From: the human T2T-CHM13v2.0 reference genome, Homo sapiens
Assembly (NCBI RefSeq): GCF_009914755.1
Contig: NC_060936.1
DNA: 64,000 nucleotides
Direction: 5' to 3' (one strand)
A program made the translations under genes and the position numbers. The notes beneath the pieces are model-generated. The model saw nothing but the letters and a program-made list of their open reading frames with translations, did no database searches and was not told the DNA's origin. Shown in pieces: positions 26,086-40,729 of this stretch; the stretch's first letter is position 1, and each line of letters starts with the position of its first letter.

Positions 26086-28987
26086 CAAGTGGAAATGTTT
26101 AACAGACAGTTGATTAAACAGCTCAGAAACAACCCGTGGGCAAGTGATACTTTTATTCAAATGAATAAAAGTAATTGGGAGTGGACTGGGGCACCCATGT
26201 TATATAGAGAAGAGCCCCCAATTACACCATTTCAAGGAGGCTGATTAAAGAGCAGCTAAAAAGAAGAAAAATTAGGAAACGGTAGTGGCCAAGAATCCAA
26301 TGGAGGGGTTTTTTAAAAGAAGTGGACAACAATGTCATACTGAAGAGAGGTCAAATACAAATGACTTCTAGCAATATGGAGTTCACTGACTTCAATAGGG
26401 AAACTTTCAGTGAAATGAGGGTAGAATCCAGATTACAACTGGCTGAGGAGTGATTGAAACCTAAATACAGAGAAGAGGTAAGGCTTGGCTACAAAGAAGA
26501 AAAAGAGAACAGGAAACAGAGACAGGTTTAAGGGAAAATATGTAGTTGAGCACTCCTATTTAATACAGAGCTTGAAATTATATGCTAAATGAGAGATACT
26601 GAAGATAAAGGGCTGATTGATAGAACAAGGTCTCTAAGGAGTTACAATGGGATAGGATTCACTGATGTGCTCATTCACCTATACTCTCATAGTGTTGACC
26701 AGAGGACAGACACCTCTTCTGGGACAGATGAGGATGATGATATAGATAACTAAGGAAGAAGCTTAGAAGCTCTCCTATTAGGTTCAATTTACCCGTTAGG
26801 AGGGTAGGCTTCTGCTGAGGCAGCAGAGGTGACAGGCTGAGTATTTGACAAGAGGTGAAAATCTGAAATAGTCTTTAAGAACGGAAGAGGTTGGACCGCC
26901 AGGGCTGCTAAACTGCTTCAAGAGCCTGCCTACTTGAGTCAATCTGTGGTGCTACCAACCAATGGTATATACTCAGTAGCATGCAGCAGCCCATGAAATC
27001 AAAGAAGTCAGATGGCCAAACTGATCCACGGATAAGGTTCTGCAGAGCCAGAGTGACAGGCCAGAGTCTATGCTAAATGGGGAAGCGGTAAAGCCAGAGT
27101 AAACTGACAGAGGGGGGGGGGAAAAGGTTGGTTAAGGAATTGGAGGCTTCTTGAGGTCAAAGAGTAAGTATACTGAGAGGAAGAGATTAAAGGAAAAGAC
27201 ATTAAAATCATAGAATAAATTAGGCTGTACATTTCAGAAAATAAATTTCTGATGAGTCCGAAGTGTGGACTTAAAATTGGTTTGCTAAATGGAGTAAAAA
27301 ATGACTAGTGGAGATGGAGGTCCAGAAATTGTTAAGGTCATCCATGACTAATGAAATTGCCCACAATGATGGCAGCACCAGGGAAAGAGATGCCCATCAT
27401 CGAAGTCCCCTCCATAAATGACGAGTAGTAACCAGAGATGAGTGAGGAGGATAGATGGTGCAGCTCAACAGCAGAAGCCTCAAAATAGAAGAACAATGGT
27501 GTAGCAATGGCAATCAAGAATACAGGGGCAACAGACCCTGTAATCCATCCATTTACTAGCAGTAAAGTGAGAAAATGAACACTCTCCACTTCAAATAGTC
27601 CTAAGGTAAGTATGGCTGAGGGAGAGTCAATTTCCAGTTAATGAAAAACCAGAAAAGCATATTTACAAAGGAATAGGGAATGAAAATCTCCATAATGCGA
27701 AGAACTGGCAAGGACAGCAGCAAAGGTAAAATGAATTGAGGAAAGTAGGTAACAATTTGAGGCCTGGTGACTGGATGGGCTTCTGTTTCAGATGGCAGCA
27801 ATGCATTATAGGGATGAGAAGCAAAGTGAATCAAACCAGTCTCTCAATGTTTCAACTGAACTCTGAAACGAGATGTTTCTATGACAAAACCAGTCCTGGG
27901 AAGTGACCAAGACGAGATGAGTTTGAATTGTTATTCAAGGTTCCAAAGAGAACATCAGTGATTTGCTGTTTTGCGTTGTCAATGAAGTTTAGCCCCAATT
28001 AGAGAGGATGGTAGGGCTAGGTCAGAAAGACTAAAGCTGCCAGTGCCCAGGTGGCCTACTGGTCTCAACAGAGCAGCATAATTTGCAGAGGGAAGGGGCC
28101 CATAGATGACTGAACGTCTAGGCTAGGTTTGTCAAAATGTGTCTAACACTCTCACCTTACCTCCATGGAGTTCAGCATTGAATGGAATAGAGATGCCGAC
28201 TTGCTAGCCCCAGGGCATAAGTGAAAGTGCTTGAAAATGCTGCAAAATTCAGACCCCAGCAGAGGGAAGTCTATAGGCGAGTTCCAATACATGTTAGTGA
28301 CCAATACTTAGATTTTTCCAAGAGATAGTCAGTACAGACACTGTATGTTCTGTCCTCAGGAGTGCCGAATCAATTTTTCGCTCATTAAATGGGGATTTGG
28401 ACTATACAGCCTCTATTGTCGTCTTTAAATTCTGTAACCTTTTTAGGAAGAAACATCCTTAGAAATCATCTATGTCTTACCCTGTCAAGGGGAGGGTTGT
28501 AACTTTTTTCTTTGTCACTAACTTGCATGTGGTAGGAAGCCAAGGTCCACAACAGATAAGCAACTAACCTAAGGGGCCAAACATAGAAGCTAAAACCCCA
28601 ATTCTCTTATTCCTAAATCCAGTGTTCTTTACGGGACGTAATTCTAAGATTCTCATCGGGGCTTCTGCAAACCTTTTTTGAAACTAAAGGACATTCTGAT
28701 TTCATCCTACGTCCCTGACAACTTCAAAAGGGCTCCTCAATACAAGGTGGGCCACGGAGCCATTTCTAAAGCTTCTTCCTGTGGTGCCTTTTCCCCCTCC
28801 CCACTGACAAGATACACAACCTAGCTCCAGAGATCAGGCTAGGGAAAAGCTTTGCCTAATAAAGAAATTTCATGGAACTTTAAGGAAATATTAAATCAAG
28901 TCTTTCTTCCTACCAAAGTAGAAATACACTTTACAGAACATACAAGTGAGAAGGGGTGAAGAGAGTGAAATTCCAAAATCACTCTAG

Positions 28988-28993
28988 TTTATT
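28988..28993 (-). terminator. KDM5A: Probable distal KDM5A poly(A) signal AATAAA (second AATAAA at 29115-29120)
   Basis: tttatt on plus; two UGUA motifs upstream (29042, 29051); U/GU-rich tract downstream (28921-28970). Confidence 0.6.
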
Positions 28994-30754
28994 CACATAA
29001 TATAGTATTTGATTCCATTCTTTTGTACTGTTCCCTACTTTTACAATGTGTACAATGTTTCACCATGTTCCAATTAATGGTTGAGCTTTAAATGAAAATA
29101 TTCTGGATCTTCCATTTATTGGTATCAACCACAATAGCAAGACCCCCAAGAAATACTTGATCTAAACTGGGAGGGTCCAACACAATTTTTTTTTTTAATG
29201 GACTTGCCACCTTAAGAAACTTCAAGTGTATCTTTTTGTTGGCAAGAAAATTATTTCCCAAGAGGTAATCAGATTCCCCTCCCTGCCCCCGCTCTTTCAA
29301 CCAACCCTCCTCCTAACATACACATACAGAGTTACACATTTCATGAAACTGAGGCCAAGTCCACTGCAAGCAGAGTCTTAACATTTTCAGAAATGATCCG
29401 TCCTTCATATCTGCATAAGCTGGGATCCTTGGCAATGGGGAAAAGGTGCCATTTGCTTCTCTGAAGTAACTTGGGGTCTGAATTGGTTGTGAGCTTTAAG
29501 AAGCCAAAGAGAAAGGGAAAGCATTTCCTTGTTTTCCCTATTAATGGTTTGTTGCAAAGGGATAAACTTCTCAAGAACCAAAAGTGAGGAAATGTGTTGG
29601 TCATCACTGGATTCTTGCTGGAAACAGAAGGCAGGTGAAATCTTCAGGAATCACTTCACACTCCAAAAACACTATTCTCAGCAATGATAATAGGCTAATC
29701 ACACCACTGATCAAATTATTTTGGCTCAGTTCTTTATTTTATAGTTAGCAAATGAAATTAGAAACTGCTTTGGCACAGGTCAAAGGTGGCTCCCATATAC
29801 TCACTAGTTTTCCTCAGGATTATCAATACTCATTATCAAAATGTACTTTTGCTTGGTTACCATTTAAAGTTGCCACCAATGTAAATGACAGGGGTTAGGG
29901 TGGGTATGGGTGTGGGGAACCTGAGCATACACACAATTTTTTAAATCTTTTAGATGTAATGCAATTAACCATATCTAATATTCTTTTAGAAAACACAAGA
30001 AACACAAAACATGCTCAAAGATCAAGAAATCGAGTTATACTTTTCATAAGGCACCACCAATTACCCTGATAAATTGTAAATAAATATGTAAGGGAATAAT
30101 CAATAGGGAGTCTTGAGGTTTTACAAGACATTCCTGTTTAGACCACTTGGAGTACTGCAAAAGAAAAAACAAACAAGATACAGCTTTCATAACCCATCAT
30201 ATCCTTGCCCAGTGCACATCATTTGTTGCATAGTGGTGACTGGATATGATCCAGGCCAAGACAAGACCAAAATTCAAAAAATACATTAACAGCCATTCTT
30301 CCTCATACTACAGTAGGAGATACCACTTGGGACATTCATATCCAAAGAAGTAATGGTATGACTTAAAAAAAAAGGAGGAATTTCAAAAGGAGTACTTAAG
30401 GACCTGCTATAAAAGCAACCTTCTACACACATATGGAGCTAATTCACATGTGAAGCTTTATTAAATCTGGTTATATGTGGGACTTCAACAGCTCAATTTT
30501 TCCACAATTTCCACTTTTCAAATCCCATGCCAAACTGTCACTTTTTCCCTTAAAAAGTGGATAAACCCATCTTTTGAAAGACAGGTCTTCTCAGTTTTTC
30601 TGTTCATCCTCCTACTGTAAGTACTGGCTGATATTCACACACATGTACTACAGAATTAAAATACTGACAAGCAAGTAGTTTCTTGGCGTGCACGAATTGC
30701 ATCCAGAACCCAAAAATTAAGAAATTCAAAAAGACATTTTGTGGGCACCTGCTA

Positions 30755-30986
30755 GCACAGAAGCGCAGAAGCAAAGCCCAGGCAGAACCATGCTAACCTT
30801 ACAGCTCAGCCTGCACAGAAGCGCAGAAGCAAAGCCCAGGCAGAACCATGCTAACCTTACAGCTCAGCCTGCACAGAAGCGCAGAAGCAAAGCCCAGGCA
30901 GAACCATGCTAACCTTACAGCTCAGCCTGCACAGAAGCACAGAAGCAAAGCCCAGGCAGAACCATGCTAACCTTACAGCTTAGCCT
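30755..30986. repeat. Minisatellite, 4 x 58 bp, within KDM5A 3'UTR
   Basis: Unit gcacagaagcgcagaagcaaagcccaggcagaaccatgctaaccttacagctcagcct starts at 30755, 30813, 30871 and 30929; last copy has 2 substitutions. Confidence 0.98.
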
Positions 30987-33900
30987 CTGTCCTTTAAAAA
31001 AAGAGAGAGACAGACAGACACATGGGGTCTCGCTGTTGACCAGGCGGGACTCAAACTCACAGGTTGAAGCAATCTTCCCACTTCAGCCTCCTGACCACAG
31101 GTGCACTCTACTGCACCTGGCTGCCATGTTTTTTATTATTAAAGTACATTATGGGTAATCACAGGTTTAATGTTTGCCGTTTCCATTATTCAAGGTATGA
31201 CATGCAATAATTTATAATTTTACTGAGGCACAAATTTGAATCATGCAGGCAAAGCTGGTGTGCAGCAGCTTAGTGAGGAAGTCATGCATCTACACATCAA
31301 CATGGCTTTGCTGCAGTACCTATCAGGAAGCAAAATAAACATCTGTGGAAGAAAAATCTCCTGTCTTCTCCCCCAGCTAGAAAGCTAACTACTGGTGCTG
31401 TATTTGTACTTTTAAACTTGGGGATCTGCATAGTTCTAATGACTTAGCTTTTAAGAATACCACAGGCCTACCATATTTCCATTTTTCTTTCTATAACCTT
31501 TGCCAGAGTTAAAATACTAATGATGAAGAATTGCAACTTCAGTTGCAGTTTAGAGGAGATAAGGGTAGAAAGACATTTTAAATCATGTCTTAATACAAAA
31601 TATTACAATACAGAAGGGAGCAAGTAAGTAATTTTCTCTAAGTGAAAATAATGCTTTGTATTAGAACACCAACATTTCTTTAAATAGATGAATCTTGTTT
31701 CATTAATTCCAAAACCGCAGATTTGTGTATTTTTTGTTTTGCCATTAATTTCTCCCTTCTGTTCTTCTCAGCCTTGGTCTAAACCTGTGGTCAAGTCATA
31801 CCAAATCCTCCATGACTGTCAAGTAAATACAGAAAATCCCACAGTATCAACGAAAAGACATATTTAAGTTTCAAAACGTCAGAAGGTGACAGGAAGCTAT
31901 TCATACTTTCTCAGCATCCTCATGACTCTCCACTGATAGTGGAATAGTTAATGGATGATTAGGAAGGAAAAATAAAAATTTTAAATGTATTCCAGGCATC
32001 TGTCACTTAAAATTACATTCAATTTTTAACCCACAAATATCTGAAGACTGTTACAAAGAAGATCAACAGGCAAAAAATATTGTGCTTTCTTGTATAACAT
32101 CAACCAGAGGAAATTCTTAATTGATAATCGTTAGCTTGGCAAAACGAAAACTTATGAAATCAGTTAATTAGTTACCTTGCAATATCCATTGAAATCTTCG
32201 ATCATACACAAACTTACTTCAGATGAGACCTCAAGACATATGCACAGCAACACTAACAAACCTCTGAACAAGTCAAAACACTCAAAATGTTATACAGTAT
32301 TAAGAATGAATAAAAAGTAGGTAGTATGAACTTCAGAGAAAACATTTACAGAAATTGGATTTTATAAGAAAACATCTTTTTTTTTGTAAGATTCCTTTTG
32401 AGTTAAATCTCATACCCACTCAAACTGTAACTGGACAGTACATTTCACTTCTAGTTACTAGAAGACAGTTCTTTAAAAGAGACTGGGGCAAAAAGGGAAG
32501 AGGAAACTATAAGCTGTTGCTAGGTCCACCCCAATCCCCCCTTTAAAAGGAAAACTGATGAATTTAAGTCAAACCACAGATTTTTTTAAACCAAAATAAA
32601 GACACCAGACAGTGATGACAAAACACTATTTTTAGTCATTTTTTTTTTTGTCCTTTAAAAAAAAATTAGTCCCCTTCTAATAAGAGTTTACATACAGCTT
32701 ACCTAATACCTTAAGAAGAACAGAGAACACAACAGGAGGGAAGAGGACACAGCACCATAGTTTCAAACATTCACACACAAAAGAAAAAAGAGCCAGCACA
32801 GACTAGAGTGAGACCAAGTTTCCCAACAGACAGGGACAAGTCCCAACACACAAAGGACATATAATTATCTATATGAACAAAAGCAAAATGGAAGATCTGG
32901 TCAGGCTGGGATGGAGGAGGGAGTGCTAACTCCTTGTACTACAAAGAAGGAATGGGATTTTTTTTTTTAAAGCAAAAAAGAAAAAGCAAGCCCCCAAATG
33001 GATTTTTGATGTTGAAACTCTGTCATATGCTGCTGGTAACAGTAAATATATATATTTATATATTCATATATGTATATTAAAAAAGGAAAAATAATCTATG
33101 TATAGAACAGTCAGTAGTCAGAGACATTTAGAAAAAAGTAAAAACAAGTCCTTTTTTTTTTTTAAAAATGGATTTACTAAAACAACTTCATCACCCAGAG
33201 GTACTACAACCCCACATCCTCTGATGAAGCCATGGTGTTATTCAACAGCATCTGCTGTGGGCCGTAGTTAGAAATCACCAGTGTTGGAAACAGCAGACAT
33301 TGGGGTCAGGGCTGCAAGGCAAAAAGCTGTTATTTGCTGGTCTTGCTCATGGCCATGCCTGAAGCCTGGTGTCTGGAATACTTGTGAATGAAGTTTTCCC
33401 CGAAAAGCATGCATCACTGTGGCTCAGTAAGATAGTACGACTGGTCATCATCGTCATCTTCTTCTCTTTTTTTTTTTGGCAGAAGCCTGGATCCATGTAC
33501 CTGCTCTTCCCTAAAATGTAGACCCAAGACAGCAAGACTTTTCAAAGCCAAAAAACGGCTCCTTGCCTTGTAGTAGGTTCTTCTCCTCAGAATCCAATCT
33601 AGTCAGATTTCTGATCTAGATGATATCCTCATCTTACAAAGATAAGGTGACCTGCCCCAGCTTGTGAGAGGTTCTCCTATTTGGGATGTTCTTCTAGCAC
33701 AAACAAGCACAAATCGCTGAGGTCAATAGACTGTGATACCATTCCTTGACGTCTAACAGAAATAACTTTGGCCCTGTTACTCCTAGTTGTATCTTTAGGG
33801 CATTAAGTACCAGGTAACAGTGGAAGGAAAGTGGTACTCCAATCCCTCTCCAACTATCCCAATGAAGGAGATCCAAGCAATTAGCACCTTCAGTTGGTGC

Positions 33901-34283
33901 TGCTCCTAAGTTGTAAGCCTCTAACTACTATCAGCTGGACAAAAGCCACATCCTATATGCCCTGTTAGCACACCAATGTATTAATACTAACCAGCCACCC
34001 TAGAGCTCAATTAAGCATCTGGCCTTAATGCAGTAAACCACACTCAAAGGAGACATGAAATATTGGCTGTTGTACCAAAGAAGACACCCTCTGCATAGAT
34101 ATGTTGATAGAGAATGTAACCCACAGAGTCCATGCAAAGAGGAAGCCAGCACTAAGGGGACTTTCTCTGAAGGCCATTCATCTTTGGAAGCAACATTCCA
34201 AGTGGATATAAACCACTCTACTTGATGACTAAGGTCTCAATGTGGTCCATGTCCCCCCATGTCCCAAACTAACCAAGCATCTG

Positions 34284-34532
<249 letters not shown>

Positions 34533-34953
34533 TTAAGCCTAGAATAAAAGCAAACCAAAGAGCTTTCTTGGCTTAAACAATAGCAAACAACTGGGATGTC
34601 TAGATAGGCAATGACTTCTTATGGGGTTATTTTTTAAAGAAAGAAGCTGAGAAGTTAATACCCCAAAATTATATTTCACCATAGTGTGTCCACAAAATTA
34701 GGCCTCTTAGGTACTCCATTACCTCATGAATACCTGGGGCTCCTTGTGAGGCAGAAACATGTTTGAGAAAAATTTGACAAAAAGGGAACTTCTAATAGAG
34801 CAGCCAAGTAGTTTTAGCTAATATTAACAATTTCTAGGCTCTAAGACAATGCAATTATCAATCAAGAAAGGAAGAGTACAACAATGTGAAGGCAATCCTG
34901 TGTATTAGCTTTATTTCAAAGAGATAAGCCAAAGTACTAAGAGCATTAAATAC

Positions 34954-35035
34954 CTTTTTAGAAAAGCAGTCACATAGGCCACTTTTAAAACTAATATTTT
35001 TTATTCTTCTCTTCTTCCGTTACAAATACAACTCC
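34954..35035 (-). CDS. KDM5A: Candidate 82-nt alternative KDM5A cassette exon encoding GVVFVTEEEKNKKY* (CDS 35035-34991)
   Basis: Acceptor ctaactttttatag|GGA, donor AAG|gtattt, in frame with exon 27; the peptide matches my recollection of a short KDM5A isoform C-terminus (not verified). Confidence 0.7.
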
Positions 35036-38000
35036 CTATAAAAAGTTAGCAAATATCAGATGTCAAATCTTACAAATTAACCAATTATAACAGTCAAAGA
35101 CACAGGTCAATAGATCACTCTGGGGTTTAAAATTAAAATCTGAAAAACTGATAGGTCAGTGGCAGGTGTCAAACTTTGACCCTTCTGACAATACTGTGAT
35201 TACAGGAGGCTAGGAAGGGATTGTAGTTTGGTGACTTTAAGCCTTGGACTTAAGAGTTAACAATAAAGTGACTTTTGGCTTTTATATTTGAAGGCTGATT
35301 GTGGTAGTTTTTACAGCTAATGTCATGGCAGACAAGAACATTTAAGATGAAAAGAGCTACTCTTCCTCACCTCAATACCAAGGTTGGTCATTTCATTGGT
35401 AACGTTAAGAAGCCACTTAAAACCATGAGCTTTACCAGATATCAAAGTAAGGAATAGAAAGGGATCCAAGAAGTACCTCTATACAACTTAAGAGAAAGAA
35501 CAGATGAAGGAGGTTTTGGCTAGGTAAATGAGTTTCATTCATAGCAACTGAGTAGTTTTCAAAATTAGTTTCCATGTCCTATAAAAAACTGTCAAAACCA
35601 CAGTAGTCACGTCAGTAGTTTTAGGCTTGTAATAAGGGGTGGGAAAAATAATTTGTCAAAATGATATTCTACTTGTTTTGTTCCTATGCTAAAGTTCTAG
35701 ATCTTAAGAGACAATATTGTGTTAACATCAAGATTACTCAACTCAGAAGCTCTGAGTTCCAGTGTGTATCATTTCAGGCAAGTCATTTAACCTGAGTGAC
35801 TCAATTTCCTCATCTGAAAATGGAGATGACATTAATTACAAGATTACCGAGAGGATCCAATGAAATAATGTATGGCAAAACACCTAATTCACTGCCCAGG
35901 ATACTGGAGGCACTTTCCAGTCATGGTCTCATGGCTCTACTCATTACCCTACACTACACAAAACGTTCTGCACCTTGATACAACTGTCGGCAGCACTGCT
36001 TTTCAAAGTGTGTAGACCACTGGCATCAGAATCATCTATTGTGTTTGTTTAAAATGTAGCTGGGACCCATCACCCTATGAACTCAGAATATCTGGGGAGT
36101 ACAAGCCAGAAGCTTACATTTTTAATCAGCTCCCAAGTGATTCTCATATATTCTAAATCCGATCATTGCTGGCCCTCTGTGATATCACTTCCTGTAAATT
36201 CAGAGCAACTTAACAATACCTTCCTAAACTGATTTTTGTTCTGTAATTGATTGTTTAGCTTCTGAAGTCTGTGCAATAAAAAAACTCACCAAAATGTTCC
36301 TATTGTAGCAAACTAATCAGAGACCAAAAAAAAAAAAAAGGGGGAAATAATGGCATCTGTGCAAAATGTAAAAATTAAAGTACTGCAAGCAGTAAAAACA
36401 CAAAATGCTAGCTGTAGAGTACGTGCACTCAGAGTGAGTGTTTTGGCTGTTTGGGACTGGTAAAGGGAACTGGATAGATAAACTGTGGTTCTCTGTGCTG
36501 CCCAGGTTTGAGATACCATGCTTTTTATAATGGTACCTGTGAACCAACAGTTACCTTCACCCTTACACCTCCAACCCTCTTTCTTAATCCAGTCTAGTCC
36601 CCATTCATGCTAATCCATTGGATAAGAATGTTATTAATGTATCAGTATTTGCTACAAAGAAAAGTGTCCCATGTCTTTTTAAATCTAGTGTTTGCACTAT
36701 ACTCACTGGCTTACAATTTCCCAAAATTCTCTTACAAATAAGACAATACTTTCCCTTTTGTGATTTTGACTAAAGGTCCCTTCCTAAGCCCAGATCTTCT
36801 ACCATTTCAAAAGAGTATATAACCTTCCTTGAGATACTGGTACACAAATTCTAACCTAGACTACAGGTTATATAACAATTTAGCCTGATAATAGAACAAG
36901 CAAAAAATAGTCCTTCTCTTTACCAATATCTTTTTTATCATGTTCATCTACTAACAATCAACTCTGAGTTCTACTTTTGTGTGAAAGGCCCACAGCAACA
37001 TAAAGCAAACTAAAGTTTGGGATGTCAACTGAATCCACAGATGATTTTGACACAGGGGCAACAGACTATGTAGTATCCTGAAAACTCAAGAACACAGAAT
37101 TTGGATAACTGTATAAATTGTCATTTCCCCCCCTTTCATTATTTCTAGGAGATGTATTTAGTGAATCACAAAAATAATTACTAAACTTCACAGCTATGAA
37201 CTGTTCAAATATTAAATGATAGGAGATTTTACATTACAGTACAAATAGGTTACTATGTTTAGATCTGGGGGAAATGTCTGTTTCAAAAAGAAATATATTA
37301 AAAAGAGGAAATATTAGTTTAATATTCATGTTTTGCTGTATGGTTTCATATTCACACTTAATAAAAAATATTTGGCATAGTATATTTTGTTCATTTCTTA
37401 GAGAATAGTACTGCACTGGGAAAAAAGAAAATCTGGTAATTTAGTGATATTCTTAGCTTACTAATTAAACTGAGCTTTTGTTATTTTGGCATTTAATATC
37501 TTTTGCACCCCAAGTTTCCTAGCAAAAGCTGGATTTGAAAAAGGAAAACAATTCACTAAGTGAACTACAACATATGTTCAGAATCCTTGTGTATATTTTC
37601 TTGGTGCTCTCAATATTCAGTGACCAATCCTCCCAATTTGCCAAGGAATGACAGATTTCTCAGCATGTGGGAATTTCAGTGCCAAAACTGGGAAAGTCCC
37701 AGGGAAACTGGGACAGTTAGTCACTCTAGCTCAACATCATGCGCGTGCACGCGTGTGTGTGTGTATTACACACATTTAGGTAACTTAACCTTTGCTTATC
37801 TGTGCTAAAAGGAGATATGAACTAGTAAAGCCGCTGGAAATGCAAATACTTTGATTGAGGCAACACCCCCATGAAAATCTTAAATCAGAGTGGCTAATAA
37901 ATAGTAAAAATGAGAGTTCATAGTCTCTTAATTTACCACACAAAACTTCTCATGGAAGTAGGAATGGGTAAAGGAAAAGGCCAACAATAAGAGGGTTAAA

Positions 38001-38396
38001 AAAAGTGAAGAGAAAAAGACTATTTTCATAAGTAAAATTATTAAATATTTATTCTAATACAGAAGAAAAATACTACTTAAATTAGTAGCCTGAGAGAATT
38101 TGATATTTTTTCTAGTTAACTTGTTTTATCTTTGGTACCAATAAGACTGAATAAAGAGTTCAGAGACAAAAAGATTCTGAACTTCAAAATTAATTTTTTA
38201 AAAAGTTTTGTTAATATTAATTTTAGCTTGACATTAATTTAATAATCAAAGGAAAAATTATTTTTTCAAAATCTTTTACATTATTCTGGTATTGTCTTCC
38301 TTTTTCTAAAACATCTTGAAACTGAGGCTAGGCACATTTAACTAGCCTCATTTAATCTTTCTTTTAATTTTTAAAAGAGCATTTCTCAAAAAAAGA

Positions 38397-38562
38397 GGTG
38401 GGCATAGTGGTGTGTGCCTGTAGTCCCAGCTATTCAGGAAGCTGTGGCAGGAGGACTGCTGGAGCCCAGGAGATCAAGGCTGCAGTGAGCTATGACCACA
38501 CCACTGCACTCCAGCCTGGGCAACAGAGTAGGACCCTGTCTCAAAAAAAAAAAAAAAAAAAA
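38397..38562 (+). mobile_element. Alu monomer
   Basis: Right-arm-like monomer with A tail. Confidence 0.88.
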
Positions 38563-38731
38563 ATTTAATCTGCATATTTTGGGGGAAAAGTCCCAGTAAT
38601 TATTAGTTAGAGAAATAATAGTAATTACTGGTCAGAGAATTCACCTAAAAACAAGTGAACCCTGGAAGTTATTTTTTGCTGCATGGTATCTTAAAGAACA
38701 AACTGGGCTAAAAAGCATGATTTTTTCTTTC

Positions 38732-38764
<33 letters not shown>

Positions 38765-38775
38765 TCTTGCCAATC

Positions 38776-38946
38776 TTTTTCTTTTTGAGACAGGGTCTCC
38801 TGTGTAGCCCAGACTGAAGTGCAGTGGGGCACTCACAGGTGCGATCATAGCACATTAACTATAGCCTTGAACTCCTGGACTCAGGCAATCCTCCTGTCTC
38901 AACCTTCTGAGTAGCTGGGACTACCAGGATGGGCCACTGCAGCTGG
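38776..38946 (-). mobile_element. Alu monomer
   Basis: Reverse right-arm-like monomer. Confidence 0.85.
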
Positions 38947-40729
38947 CAAAGGCATTCTTTTCTTATTTTGCTCTAAAGATGTGTGCTGTATATTAATTGT
39001 TTTCTCAGAGAAACACTAAACACTGAGAAAGTTTTAACATTCTTTACAGAAATTTTTATAGAACTGTAACTTTTATTTAGCAAAATCAATGTCAGGAACA
39101 AACATGTAGAACCATAAAAACTGCAAAACAGCAGTAACAGGCAAAATATCTATAATCTGAAATAACTTCTGCTTAAAACGAAACACGTTATAGAAATAAA
39201 ACACTATTTTATATAAACTAACAACATAGGGTGGGGCACACGTTGCTCACCTTTACGTATCGTAACAGTTCAAAATAGACATTTTCTCTGAGCACTCAGC
39301 CAAATCTCCTTTTGCTCCATCAAAATGTAGATGATAACTCTAGATTTTGTTTAAAGATTTTGTTTAAAAAATACCTATAATATTAGGAGCAAATCTCACA
39401 GTTCCTTCAAAAATAATGATCACATCTTAGCACTTACGTTGCATTTTTTGGTTAACAAGTGCTTTCATAGAGATTGTTTTGTCTTATCATCATAACCCTT
39501 TGAATAGGCAGGGCACCTGTTAATTTGACAATTTCATAGCAAATGAAAAAAAAAACGGCCTAAGTGTTTATATTGCTATAAGAAGACAACAGGAATAATG
39601 GATGAACTGAATCCTATTTAAATGCTGAGCAGAAGGGAGGGGAAAGATTAAGTGATAAGGAGAAAGAGTATAAAAATAAGACGAAAGGCTCATGATAGAT
39701 GTAAACATTATAGAAAGAATGTCAGGAAAGTTTAAAAAGGAAACATCCTACCTTGCTGCTAGTCTTTAAACTACCATAAAATTAAGGAAGAAAAGGGAGA
39801 AGGTTCTGCCAATAATGAACTGCTACACTTTGATACCCAAAGAGAAAGTTAACTCTTCATCAGCCTCTTTAACAAACAAACTCAGATGGAAATAAATTCA
39901 AAATTAAAGATAAAAATAATATGCACATATATATTAAAATGCTTTAAAATGTTTATAATATAGGAAGATGCTTATAAAATGAACAGATGCAAGTCAGTAA
40001 ACAGTCTGACAATGATATAAAACAAACGCCATAGAAAAAAATTGGAAGGAAACACTAAAATATTTATAGCTGTCTGCCTTGGAAGATTAGACTATAGGAT
40101 ATATATTTTACTATGCACATTCCAAAAAATGAATAGAATACCCCTAATACATCTCATTTAAATATGTGTCATTTAGTTTTGGAATGTGTTTTTGTACTTA
40201 CATCTCAATTATTGATGGGGTAAGGTGTTAGTGGAGAGAACCTGGTCTGACAGCCAAGATCTAGGGTTCTACTTTTGGTTTTGCTACTAACTAGCTCTGT
40301 AACTTTGGTCACATAATTACCTTCCCTGAGTCCTGGTTGCATCATCTGTAAAATGAGCAGCCTGAACAAAGTAACCTGTTGGTGCCTTCAAGCTCTAAAA
40401 AGGTTTAAGTATTTCATTGAAAAAGTGAGGGCATAACCTATAGGGAACAGTGATGCAGTTTTATTTACTGTTTATATTTTCAAACTGAGGCACTATTAGA
40501 ATTCTAAATATCAAATAGTATAATGAGCATAATAAAATTAAAACTACAGATTTATCAATATTCTTGATAAGAGCCGTAACAGGTGCCTCCAATCATTTAA
40601 ACAACTGGAATTTTTCATAAAGTCTGACTATTACTCTCAGAAGTTCATACTGTCAACATTATATTTAAAGAACGGCCATAAGAGAATTACTATACTTAAA
40701 ATTTAGGGTTGGAAATTTTAAAACAATGC

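Larger units (their letters stand above)
28965..34283 (-). other. KDM5A: KDM5A long 3'UTR (~5.3 kb; distal end approximate)
   Basis: Repeat-poor, U-rich sense sequence after the stop codon, ending at a poly(A)-signal cluster. Confidence 0.8.
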
